Source: the human T2T-CHM13v2.0 reference genome, Homo sapiens. Taken from it: 64,000 nt of DNA. The translations under genes and the position numbers were made by a program. Positions 39,144 to 52,456 of the stretch are shown piece by piece (within the stretch, counting starts at the first letter, position 1; every line of letters starts with the position of its first letter). The stretch is taken from NCBI RefSeq assembly GCF_009914755.1, contig NC_060931.1; one strand, given 5' to 3'. The notes beneath the pieces are model-generated. The model was not told the DNA's origin. It saw only the letters and a program-made list of their open reading frames with translations, and ran no database searches.

Positions 39144-39974
39144 CTCATAATTTTGTAGATATTGTTATTCGCATTTGATGAGTGAAAAATGTTGATGCTC
39201 ATACCGCTTAAGTGATGTGGTCAAGGGCCAGCTTGGTTGGTAAGAATGTCAGTTCACCCAGTTCCAATTTGAATGTTCTTTCTGCCAGAGAGAAAGACCT
39301 CCGCACTATCACGTGATCTTACCTTCTGTGTCTGTGACGTTCAGTCTGAGTGGTCCAGGTAGGGGGAGCCTACGTATTATAGGAAGATCCGAGGGTGCAA
39401 AGGGCTGAGAAGCCACCTACCAAGATTTCAGCCTGAAACACTAAAGCCAGGGGTTCTCAGAAGCCTGTGGAAAGCTGCTGTGAAGCTCCCTCTGCACTGG
39501 GGGCTGGATAAAGCCACCAATGCAGGATAAAGGCCTCTGCTAGGTTCCTCACTGGGGTTGGCATGTGGGTCCTCCTGGGAATGGCATTCTGGGAAATGTA
39601 GTTCCTGCTTTGCTTCTGAGGTGCAGAGGAGACCTAGACAGGGCTGGTGGTGATGCTGAGTTGGCACCTGAAAACCCAGCACACGTCCAAGAGAGTCATT
39701 CCATCACCAGGAGATTAGAGGAGGCAGGGTGGTGTGTGGGAAAGGCCTTGGGTCCAAGTGCCTCCTGTGGCACCTACGCGCCAATTGGGCAAGTCACTCC
39801 ACCCCTCAGGCACTTTGCCTATCAGGATCAAATAATATAAGACACTGGCTGATTCTCACATCGTCTGTAACACAGTGGGCACTCAGTTAAGGTTGTTCTT
39901 GCACCTCCAGCTACAAACAGACAAGTGTATTCTGAGGGCTATTTGTCCGCAGAGCTCTTGAATATTTTGACACC

Positions 39975-40400
39975 AATGCTCTTAGAGCAGAGATTGCCAG
40001 TTGCCCCCATCCCACTCTTCTTTCCGCCATAGCAATAGAGGCCCCATGGCAGTTCTGAGGAAGTCACATTCTGGCCTCTTTTGAAGCTTGGTGCAGCCAC
40101 ATCCTCACCTGTGTCTGTAGCCAGAAGTGATGCATGCAATGTCCAGGCTTGCCTTTGAAAGGAAATGGATTTGTGCTGCCTCCCTGCTCCCTCTTTCTGC
40201 TTGTTGTGATGGGCCGTACTGATGCGAGCAGGGCAGCCAAGCATCAAGCCAGGAGGAATTGGGCTCCTTGTCCCTCTGGGATTGCCGCACCAGCCAGGAC
40301 AGCTTGAGCTCAGACTATCAGGTAAGTGAAAAACAAACTTATCTTGTCGCAGCCCCTGAGGTCTCTTTGTGATAACAGCTTGGCCTGTATTCTAACCATG
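39975..40400 (+). mobile_element. Old MLT1 MaLR LTR
   Basis: AGCAGAGATTGCCAGTTG...GTGAAAAACAAACTTATCTTG...ACAGCTTGGCCTGTATTCTAAC. Confidence 0.55.
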
Positions 40401-41309
40401 TATCATCAGATTCAAAAACTCCTACATAATTTCTCAATTATGATATTAAGGCAGCTTTCTGTAGGGGTGTGAAAGCTTGCTTGAGACAGATTTCAAGCCA
40501 GAATGGCCAATATCTCACTTAGCCAGCTAACTTTATTTTGAGAGACAGAGCCTGAAAATATTGGGTGAGCAAAACCAGTGTCGAAGTTAGGGAGAAGCAT
40601 AAACGTCAGGCATGGACTCTGAAGGGAGCTGAGATGCCCCCCCAGGGGAAGCAGGCAGCCCTCTAACGCTGCAAGGTACACTGCTCACGGTGACAGGAAG
40701 GGTGATGAGAAATGCTTCAGACGTTTAAGTGACATCTGAATCCAGTGACATTTCCTGGCTTCCATGAGCACTGCTACTATTAAAAACAAACATATTTGAC
40801 GGATGGAGCAATGCTTCCCGCAGCTGATGCCTGGGCGATCTGTGTTTATCAGAGCTGCATGCATGCTTCTACCAATAATCATAATTTAAAGATTCAAAGT
40901 GATAAAAGCATCACAATGAAATATCTGCCTGCCTTCACTGCAGGGCTGGCTTCACAGACACAAAGAAATGGAAGGTATCGCCACAGTTGTGGGGATCTCG
41001 GCATACATGTTTATGGTGCCATTTACTACGTCGTAACCTCCTCAGTAGTATTGATGTCCTTTCTCTAGACCGTGAGTCCTCTGTGAATTACTTGCCTTTG
41101 CACCTTCTGCTCCTAGAATGATCAATAAATATCTAAATGAATGAGTCTAGTTCAGCCTTCTCACTTGGCAGTGATTTGTTCAAAGTCAAAATTAATTAAC
41201 TGCAGAAAAAAATCTGACTCCTTTTTCTCTGGTAAGCTGAGAATGACGTTTTTCTCCAGGCCTAGATGACTTGGGCAAATCTCTTATTAGGATTCCTATA
41301 ACCCAGATC

Positions 41310-41722
41310 CACATAAGCACACAAACACAGAAAACCACACACCTATATACACAAACATGCACTTAGATACACACAAACACCCAAGCACATGAGCAAAAAC
41401 AAAACCACACAGGCTTTTACACAAAACACGCACGCATAATCACATGGGTTATACATGTGAATTTCAGATACAAAATGAGCAATTTTTTAGTACAGATAAG
41501 CCCTAAATAGGCATGCGTAAATACACACGGACATACTTATACTAAAAGAATGATTTGCTGAAATAATTTACCTGCAATTCGAATTAAATTGTGCACCCTG
41601 TATTTTTATTTGCCAAATCTGGCAACTGTAACACAAACACACATTTAGATTCACATGCACAGACCCATGCAGAAACACACAAGCACAGACACCCAACGAT
41701 ACACACAAACACATACACACCC
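41310..41722. repeat. Degenerate CA-rich low-complexity tract surrounding MER53
   Basis: Imperfect (CA)n/ACAC runs at 41310-41440 and 41630-41722. Confidence 0.8.
41445..41630. mobile_element. MER53 hAT MITE
   Basis: Ends CACCCTGTATTTTTATTTGCCAAATCTGGCAACTGTA (MER53 terminus); internal TTTTTAGTA...TACTAAAA symmetry. Confidence 0.75.
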
Positions 41723-42289
41723 AAGACCTAGTTTCTTTTAACAGATCCTGCCAAGACCAAACTGGCCATTAGAATCGTAGTTCTAGCTTTCCCCTGGAGA
41801 GCTGGGGAGATGCCAAGGTGAGAGGGAGTGATGAAAGGACTGGTGTGGCTTGGGAAGGAGGCAGGAGGATGAATCTCTGCTCACAGTGGTCCTGTGTGGT
41901 GGGGCAAAGGGGAGCCCCCTTCTGCAGGCAGGGATGTGAGGAGTTGCTTTAGAGAAAGGATACCTCCCCCAAGACACACACAGACACATATACACACACA
42001 TGCACAATCTTACTTCAGCATTTGGAATCACATCAGTCACCGTGAGCAATTTCTTCTGCATGATTTTGTAAACAGGTTCAAGCTCCAGAGAGAAGCTTTT
42101 CCCTCTAGAAATCTGTGATGCTGAGTTTACAAGTATCCTTGGCAATGAATGATGGGGTGGGCTTGGATGAAATTCTACCTCAGTTTAGGGAGCTACCGTG
42201 TAGCCCCGAGTTACAGAGCTGGTGGGGAATTCCTGACTCTACTTTCCTTGCTGCCCCTCACCCCATGACCCTTTTCCAAGACACAGCCA

Positions 42290-43030
42290 CAAATATTGAC
42301 TAAGTTCACCTCAGAACAGTCTCAATCTGCCTTTTGCTCTTCATTCCCATGGTCATGGTGCTCCTTAGACCCCTGTGATCTTTCACCTGGATGTTGACCT
42401 CAGCCTCTTCCCCCTCATTTCCAACCTGCCAACAAATTTATCTTCTGAGATGTTACCAGAATGAGGCGTCCAGTGTACAGGTTTGATCATGGTTCTCTCT
42501 CTCTTAAAATCCTTTGATGGAGGTCAGTTTTCTCCACAATGAACATGAGCATGGCCTCTAAGACCCTTCAATATCAGAACCCATTCCAACCTCAGTTCCC
42601 ATCTTTTCACCTCAGACATTCTGTCTGGCCACAACAAAATGAATTCATTTTCCCACAAACATCCAGCCAATTACATGGCTTAGCCTCTCTCAGCATTCTC
42701 TAGGCATGGAGCATCCTTCACCGCCTCCCTTGCCTAGTGAATTAATTATCCTTCAGATCTACTTCAAATATCCTCTCCAACCCCATCCCACACTGCCTCC
42801 CAGTCCTGTGGAATTAGACACTCACTCCTCTGTGCACCCACAGCGTTTGCATACACTTCTTTCTCACTTACCATTATAGTTATTTATTGACATTTGCAAG
42901 TGCCTCTCCCCCACAAGCTTGTGAGCTCGTCTGGGGCTGTGGTTAATTCTTATTCATATATGAACCACCAGTGTCCAAGATCGTGCCTGCCACAGAAGAC
43001 GGTCTTAGGAAGGGATGTTGTTGGTAGAAT
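42290..43030 (+). mobile_element. L2 LINE 3' portion
   Basis: TGATCATGGTTCTCTCTCTCTTAAAATCCTTTGATGG...CCAGTGTCCAAGATCGTGCCTGCCACAG. Confidence 0.7.
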
Positions 43031-43141
43031 TTTACTGGTAGCAATGTGCATTGGAGTTCATGGAAGAGGATTTGGAATCAAAGAGACCAAGATTCAAATC
43101 CAGCAAACTCCATTTATTAGCTCCAAATTGCATAATATCTC

Positions 43142-43651
43142 TATAGCAAGGCAGAATAATGCCCCGTCCCATCAAAGATGTCCATGTTCTAATTCTTGGA
43201 ACCTGTGAATATGTTGCATACATATCAGAGAGAAATTTTGATTGCAGATCAAATTAAGGTTGCTAATCGGCTGACCTTAAGGTAGGGGGCATATCCCAGG
43301 TTATCTAGGTGGGCCCAAAGTCATCTCAAATTTCCTTATAAGTGAGAGATGGAGACAGAATTGAGGATTAGAGTGATGCGATGTGAGGACTCAACCCACC
43401 ATTTCTGGTTTGAAGATGGAACGGGTCACAAGCCAAGCAATGTGGGCCGCCTCTAGAAAGCTGGAAATGATACAGACACAGAGTCTCCCCAGAGAGCCTC
43501 CAGAAAGGGATGCAGCCCTGTCAACATCTTGATTTTAGTCTGGTAAATTCCATTGCAGACTTTTGACCTCCAGAATTATAAATGAATGAATTTGTGTCTT
43601 AAGACATTATGTCAGAGGTAATTTGTTACAACAGTGATAGGAAATGTATAC
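43142..43651 (+). mobile_element. MLT1D MaLR solo LTR
   Basis: GGCAGAATAATGCCCC...AAAGATGTCCATGTTCTAATTCTTGGAACCTGTGAATATGTT...GAGCCTCCAGAAAGGGATGCAGCCCTG...GTAATTTGTTACAACAG. Confidence 0.88.
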
Positions 43652-44077
43652 CAGCACTAAACCTGTCCCTTCTTTGGCAAGGAAGCCAGTAATGGTCCCA
43701 GTTACCCAGGATGGTGGTGAGAACCATGTAAACTAAGCATGTGGTGCCTTGGCACAGTGCTTTGCACAGGATAAAGGCAGTGGTCAAAGCAGCAGCTACA
43801 GTAGTAGTAGTTCTAGGAATAATAATATTATTGCCATTTAAGGTAGTTGGGGAGGTCAGTTGGGAGTTCAAAGAAATACCCTATAAGAAGCAATCTGAGT
43901 CTCGCAGGAGAGGGCAGTGGGTCCCAGGGAAGACATGAAGGTGGCCATACTGACAAGGGGGATTCAGGAAAAGGAGGTGGGTGTCAACTGTTGAAGATAC
44001 CCCCGCTCTGTCACAGAGAAGCTGCACAAGCCTAGGTGAGTTAGGGAGCTTGGTCCCATCCCTTCCCTCCCCTTTGA

Positions 44078-44593
<516 letters not shown>

Positions 44594-44906
44594 TAGCTGA
44601 GACCTTTGGCTAAGCAAGAACTGCTTTTGAGGCTGGGAACCTGGGTTTAGATCAGGTGAATCTGTTTACTAGCAGATGCCCCTGGACAAGGCAGCTTCTC
44701 AGAGCCTGGAAGACGATGGGACCAGATCTATGGTTTTCAGTCTATGTTTCTCAGGGGATTCCTCAGGGGCTGTCATTGTGGGGCCAGGTCCAAAGAGAGT
44801 CCTTGGGCTCCTGCTTGCCAATGTCACCCCAGCACCTCTGCGTTTGCCTTTTATGGAGATCAGAATTTCACACAGGCTTTGGTTTGGGCATTGGGGGAGT
44901 TGTGGG

Positions 44907-44948
44907 AAAACAAAAAACAAACAAACAAACAAACAAACAAACAAACAG
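44907..44948. repeat. (AAAC)n microsatellite
   Basis: Directly visible. Confidence 0.95.
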
Positions 44949-45152
44949 CTTTGAAAACCACCAGAGAGATCATCATTTCCAGCTTAAAGTTGAATGATAT
45001 TTGGCCCAAGCACACAATGAACATAGGTTTTATGATGGGAGAGGCAGGAAGAATCTTTTGAGGGGTTGATTAACACTGCCTCATGTCAGAGAACAGAAGG
45101 TCTATTATTAGGAGAAAACAGACTTTCTTTTCAACTGGCTTCTGTCTGGAGG

Positions 45153-45171
45153 TCCCGCCATCTGGTGGAGA
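45153..45171 (-). promoter_or_regulatory. Candidate CTCF binding site
   Basis: Minus strand TCTCCACCAGATGGCGGGA matches the CTCF core CCASYAGRKGGCR; CpG retained; non-repeat context. Confidence 0.55.
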
Positions 45172-46622
45172 ATCCTCCCTAGAATGTGGACAGCTGTGTG
45201 TAGACCCACCTGCCGTGGGAGTAACAATGGCTCAGGCCAGTCCTCCTTCCCCACCATGTGGGAGAGCTGGCAGGTTACCAATGCCTGGCCTCCCACATCC
45301 GGCAGCTCCAGGCCTGTGTCCTGCCCAGGTGTGTTTCCCATTTAGAAAGTGAGATCTGGAGCTCTGATTCTCAGCCCTGACTGTACATCTGATCACCCAG
45401 AGAGTTTAAAAAGTTTGATGCTCAGGTCTTCAAGTTTCAGACTTATAAAATCATTATCTCTGGGTGTGGGACAGGAGGGTGGGCTATCCAGCAAGAGACT
45501 GCTGACTCCCCGAGGGGCCAAGCCTGCAGCCCCGGAGATGCCCTGGAACCCTCTCTGCAATGACAAAACATGAACTATATCACCACTCCCCTTCTCACTC
45601 CAAATTCTAAAATGACTATGGCTGTGATTTTGCAGGGTGTCATCGGCTACGCAACTCATCATAGCAGCCTGTAGCTCAACAGGTGAAAAGTCTCCCTTCA
45701 TTTCTCAATGATTTTTCTCCTATGATCATTTTACTGGAGAAGTTGTTCAGCTTGGTCTTTTGAGACAGCTCAGGATCTTACATATGATATGTTTCATGGT
45801 TGTCATAAAGATGAATGCCCTTGAAGCCTGCCTTTATTTGAGTGAGAGGTGCTGAGTACGTTGAATAACAATAAACCACATTACATATTGTTATTATTGC
45901 TCAGCAGGAAAAGAACTATCTGTACAGGGAAATAAGCCAAGTTTCATTAGTCAGCTCACCTATCATGCATTTGAAATAAACCTGGTGTGTATTCTTCTTA
46001 ATATGACATCTGAGATTAGAAGTCGGTGTCAAAGTCAAACACCAGGAGAAAACAAAGACAAACACAGCTCTCTGGAAGGCTCCATTCTCATTAGAGTTTG
46101 CCCAAACATTTGGATGACTTGGTTATTTTTTAGCTCGTGGCTTTACAGATAAGCTAACTTTTAACCAGACAAAAACACATCATGTGTCAACCTTTGGACG
46201 TGACTTTACAGATGGGCAGGGGTGTTTAAGTCCAGGTAGACTCTGCAGATACTCCTTAGCTGAGTTTTTAGTAGACTGTTCAGCTCCCAGTGTCACAGTA
46301 CTTTTGTCTTCTTAGCCATAGAAAGCTTTGTTAATTTGGTCTTGCTGTCTTTTCCCATCTTCTGTCTTGGCTCATTTGGAGGAGTTACTGAGCAATAGAG
46401 TGGATGAAAAGAGCAAGGAAAGGAGGCAATGAGGGAGGTGGAGGTGGAGGTTGAAGAGAAAGAACAATTGACAAGCCCCTGCTGTAGTTCACATTCATGC
46501 TTTGCAGAAGTTAATCCCATTTGAAATCTCATAATAGCCCTGCAAGGTATCCCCATTCTCACAAGCGGGATCTTGCTGAACCCTAAGCTCCAGGAGCAAA
46601 TCTGGTTTTGCTCCTCAGTGTA

Positions 46623-47226
46623 CAAGAGGTCCTCAAATAAAATTGTTTTGTTCAATGTTATTTTGTTATAACATTGATGAGAACAAAATCTGATTCTTGG
46701 CCAGGGCCACTGTATATGTGGAGTTGGCACATTCTCCCCATGCCTGCGTGGATTTTCTCCAGGGCCTCAGGTTTCCTCCCGCATCCCAAAGATGTGCACG
46801 TCAAGTACTTTGACGTGTCTCTTTTGTCCCAGTCTGATGGAGTGTGGATGCGTGTGAGTGCACCCTGCAATGGGGATGGCGCCCTGTCCGGGGCGGGTTC
46901 CTGTCTGGTGCCCTGAGCTGCCAGGAGAGGCTCCAGCCACCTGAGACCCGGAACTGGAATATGTGGGTAAATAATTATCTACTTGTTTTTATGAACCTTT
47001 CTTAGATGTACATTTCACTCACATTCATTTCAGTGTTTAATATTAGAAGTGTTTTGAGTCCTTAATAAGAAGTTTGGGGATATTTTTGTGACCAGAAATA
47101 TGCCATAGGAACTTCACTCCTGTTTATCTAACTTAGGCTGTGCTAAAATTGATTTTGTTGTATGTTGTTTCACTTAAAATCACAGTTTCCAAGAACCTAT
47201 TGATGACATTAAGTGAGGACCTAGCC
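46623..47226. mobile_element. MER6A TcMar-Tigger non-autonomous element inserted in a MIR
   Basis: TA + CAAGAGGTCCTCAAATAA start, CATTAAGTGAGGACCTA end, ~600 bp, with the V-SINE-like core GTGGAGTTGGCACATTCTCCCCATGCCTGCGTGG. Confidence 0.85.
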
Positions 47227-49757
47227 CATCAGGGGAGGTTGAATGACTTGCTGAGGGCAGTAGAGCCAGCGATAGAGCCAGGCTTTGACCCCTGGCCTGT
47301 CTGATGCTCAAAGCACTTTGCACATTGGTCCACAGTGACTGTGATCCAAACATCTGTGCTTCCCAGCCAGGACTTTGCACTGGACAGTCATGGGCATCTG
47401 TTTTGAGCTGTGGAGAATTAGGCCACAGGTGCTCCTTCTGAGCTGCAAGGCTTTACTCAGCCGAGTGTGTCTGTGTGCATTTTCAAGAGCCTGTCTTACT
47501 GTGGATGAGAATGGAAACTATGGCAGTGGAATGCCCTCCTTCTGCTTGCCTGCCCCCTTCACCAAGCACACATCTGTACTATAGTGGTATTTCCGCCTCT
47601 GTAAGAGCATGTGACATCTCAGTACAAGTTGAACTGAGTCTTGACTCCCAGTGTTTTGAGGCATTCCCAGCTGCTACCAAGTGGTGCAAGATGAAGGTGG
47701 GGCAGGCTCAGCAGATGGGAAGATACTGCCAGAGAGGCTACCCTATTGCTTCGCATATGTTTGTGTGTTTTATTACCTTTATTATCTCACAAGTAACCAG
47801 TGCAGATTGAGAGAAAGTTAGGCAATATAACTGAATTCAGAAATCATGAACAAATAGACAATTATGCAATATGTAGCCAAAGAAAGATTAAAAATATAGA
47901 AAGGAAGTCAATGCCGGCTCTTTGCATGGAGCTCTAGGCTACATTGAGTTAATTTTTAATGAAAAGAGAAAATCTAGAATAACTCAATAATTCTCAGCTT
48001 TTTCCTCCATGATGTATGTATCTTTTTTTCATTAGTAAACTATGGTCCTGTCCTGAAACCCTAAAATAAAAATATAGTGAGTAATTTTTTAAATAAATAG
48101 ATACATTGCCAACAATGCCACAATTTAGAGTAATCACACTAGAGATTTGGAGGAATATAATTTCAGGTGTGTGTGTGTATGTGTGTGTGCAGGTGCATGT
48201 GTGTGCATCTACTCTTACAAGTATGGCATAAAAGTATATACTGCATATTTTTAACTGAAATATTACTTTGTTGTAGAAATACAATTATGCAATCTTTACA
48301 AGTTTTTCTCTTTAAGAACATGACATGGGCAGCCTTGCCATTTATTTTTCTTCTTTTATGCCTCTCAGGAAAAAAAATTTAGTTTCTTTAGAAAAGTCTA
48401 ACACATTTCTGATTAAATTTAATCTTCAGAATTCTGTTTGTGTGGTTATTGTGTAGCTTTTCTGTTTTATTGTCTAACAGGTTAATGATGGTGTAGTTGA
48501 TTTGTAGGGAGGCTATGTAACTTTTTTATTATTTATAACTATCTTACTGAACTCTCCTATGAATTCTAATATTTTTTTCAGGCAATTCTCATATGTTTAT
48601 ATTTTCTGAAAATAGTGGTAAATTGTCTCTAATAGTTATAGTTCTTATTAAATTTTCTATTCAATTGCATATCTTAGCACTCTCAGAACAAGATTGCCCG
48701 ATAGATGCAGGTGATGGTGGGCACGTGTATTTCATGCTTGATTACTTGTCTCTACTGTTTTAGTGTTAAGCATAATGCCAAGTATTTGATCTAGAAATAA
48801 ATCTTCATGATCTTTGACAAGATTTTTTTATTTTAAAACTCAAGGATGAAAACTGAATTTTATCAAATGTCTTTGGGCATCTAATAGGGTGATTTTATGT
48901 TTTTGCCCCCTCCTTTATTCTGTTAATGTGATAGTTACATTAATGATTTCTGACGAGAACATATTTTTCAGATAAATTCCAGAGTGGTATGGGGGATGAG
49001 TAGGTGAGAAGGAATCAGAGGGGAAGTGGGAGCTGGAATAAGGACTACATTTTTCCAGACGAAGGAAGGGTCATCTCCGGAGAGTACTGGCCTTAGAAGG
49101 TAATGAAGTTGGAGGAAGAATATCACCATGGTGTCAGAAACCCCTCAACGGGATTCCTCATGTGTGATATGTTTATATTTTTAGTAAAGTAACCAGGTAA
49201 AACAAATTTCAGAACATTCTAAAAATAAATAAGGAAAATGATTTTTTTGTGGAAAAACGAGAAGAGGAAAAGGCTTACAGTTTGTTGTGACCGGCCCTAG
49301 ATGGCTGGTGAGAGGCAGTGAGGAGGCAGAAGCCCAAATAAATAAGGCCTGGGATTTACAAGAACTGCTTCGTGTTGCTCCATATTCAGGACTGGAGTCC
49401 AGATTCCTGAGAAACAGGGAAGCCCTAACTGATGTGTGGGTTACAGAGAGATTTTCTAATGTTAAGCCATCCTTGCATTTCACAGCTAATTTTGCTTGCT
49501 CATGGTATATTATTCTATTGTGACCCTGCTAGGTTCAGTTTGCTAATATTGTATTAACAGTATTTATGCCTATAATCCTAAGATTGATCTTAAGTTTTTA
49601 TTTTTTGGTATTATTTTTTCCTCAGGTTTTGGTATAGAGATTATATTTTCCTTATAAAAAGAATTTAGAGCGTTTAATTCTTTCTACTTTTTGAAATGAT
49701 TTAAATAAAACTAGACTATTTGTATTTGAAGATTTGATAGAAATTTCCTATAAAATT

Positions 49758-50054
<297 letters not shown>

Positions 50055-50431
50055 TTCCTATAAAATAAATTTATCTGGACTTTGGGATAGACGTAGTTCA
50101 ATTACCTTTTTGTTTGTTTTTTCAGTTTCTCTACTGGTTACTGTTCTATGCAAGTTTTCTGCCTTTTCTTGGAATCTATATTTTTCTAGAAAACAATTTA
50201 ATTCATATTTTGAAATTCACTGGCATATCACTTTATCTAAATTCTTTTGCCGTGTTTTCAATCACATGCCGTGTCTGCAGTTAATGGTTTGTTTCTCATT
50301 CCTAATGTATTTGTTTATTTCTTTCTTTGAGGGAATGGAGATAGGAGGTAAAATTTCCAGATTTGTCCCCTTTAGAATCAGGGTATGGGAGTGGGAGGGA
50401 TTAAGAGAAATGAGTAGTGGTTTTATCAATA

Positions 50432-51260
50432 CAGTAGAAGCTCTCTTAATCCAATATCCACTGACTCACTGCATTTATCAAATTTTTTCACTCACTGTAA
50501 AATGTACCAACTGACCTGATGTATCTAAAATGTTCACAATCATGACGTAAGTTTTTCATAGGTACCTCTCCCTCTCTCCCCAGCTGAGTGGTAGGATTAT
50601 AAAACGGTTTATGCCAGTTGTGGAGGTTATTGCAACTATATAATCTACTTACATATTATATTAACCAATGAATATGAATTTAGAAAAAGTTGTTTCCTAG
50701 AAAACTAGGTTGAATATTTTGGAAAGTCTTCATATTTTTTTAAATTGCTTAAATATTGCTGTTAAGTTAGATGTGGAAGAGACAACTGTCAAAATCAGGA
50801 AAGCAGCCAGATGCATACCTGTAATCCCAGCTACTCAGGATGCTAAGGATGGAAGATCACTTGAACTCAGGAGCTTGAGACCATACTGGGCAATACAGTG
50901 AGACCCCATCTCAAAATAAATGAGTGAATGAATGAATAAAATCTGGGGAAAAGCTTCAAGACACTAGGATTTAGTTTTCATATTACTTCTCAAGGGGTTG
51001 TTTATTTCTCTTCTCATTTTAAAGAAATTGAAAATAACAGTTATAGAAGATGCACTATGGGAATGGTTTATGTGAAAAAGATGATGGCACATTCCAATCG
51101 GTGGGCCCCATGCAAAGAAGAGACTGCCACAAAAAGTGAAGAATGACTGCACGTTTATGTTTTTGGTTTAAATAAAGTACATGTTAATTTGTATGATTCC
51201 TGGCTTTCTTTGAATTTTTCAGTTAACTTCTCCTAACTGTGGTAGAAAGAGTTTCTACTG
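50432..51260 (+). mobile_element. Tigger-family (TcMar) internally deleted DNA transposon with transposase DNA-binding remnants
   Basis: TA + inverted termini CAGTAGAAGCTCT and AGAGTTTCTACTG; translations NIAVKLDVEETTVK (psq-type HTH) and LKKLKITVIEDALWEWFM*KR*WHIPIGGP (CENP-B-type HTH). Confidence 0.8.
50805..50940 (+). mobile_element. FLAM (free left Alu monomer) inserted in the Tigger element
   Basis: CCTGTAATCCCAGCTACTCAGG...CAGGAGCTTGAGACCATACTGGGCAATACAGTGAGACCCCATCTC plus A/(TGAA) tail. Confidence 0.8.
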
Positions 51261-51416
51261 GACATTAACTACTTTTGTTTGTTAATTCTTTGTGTTTACT
51301 GTCCTATGGTTTAATTTGTCCTGTTTTTCTAGCGTCTGGAATTGAATGATTAGTGCCATGGACATTTCTCATTTTTTTTCTGTCCAGTGTCCTCTTCTTT
51401 AGAAAACTGTTCTTTC

Positions 51417-51797
<381 letters not shown>

Positions 51798-52359
51798 TCA
51801 TTCAGACATTCTCTCCTGGGAAGCTGAATCTGGTGTGGAGACATTCAGGGATGGATGGCAGTTGTAACTGCGTCATCCTAATTTCAGCATCTTAAAGGGA
51901 AGGTCCATGAGTTCCTAATATTTAGTTCTGACTTCCCTTTCTTTCCTCCTTTGATTCTGTGGCATATTCCAATGGAAAAATTGGAGTCTCCCAATGGACA
52001 GCTCATGGAGGGCTGGAGAATCCTTTGAATACATTCCAGGATCAGCTTTTTAGTTTTTGGGGGTTTTTTTTTTTTTTTTTGGCAGCTAAAGAAACTTAAC
52101 AGAAGCACTACATTTATTTATTCTAAATCTTGCTTCTTTAATAATGTAAGTATTAAATGCTATGAATTTCCCCCAAGTACAATTTTCACTAGAATGTGGC
52201 ATAATTATCATTAATATTGTCTAAGTAGCTTATAATTGCACTTTTGATTTATTCTTTGATTCCAGAGTTATTTAGGGAGAAATAGTTTTTGAGTTCCTTC
52301 CAAACTCAAAAACATGAGGGTTTTTTTCTGTTTACTATATTTTTTTTATTTTCCTATAT

Positions 52360-52456
52360 TCTGACTCTATCACCAGCACCTAGCGTATTGCTTGGCAAAT
52401 AATAGGTTCTCATTAAATATTGAATGAATGAATGAATGAATGAAGGAATGAAGGAA
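52360..52456 (+). mobile_element. L2 3' terminus with (TGAA)n tail
   Basis: CCAGCACCTAGCGTATTGCTTGGCAAATAATAGGTTCTCATTAAATATTGAATGAATGAATG. Confidence 0.75.

Noticed and set aside
45636-45682. Possible 47 nt exon (TTTTGCAG|G ... CAG|GTGAAA)
   Set aside because: Short pyrimidine tract and weak donor; expected by chance in 64 kb
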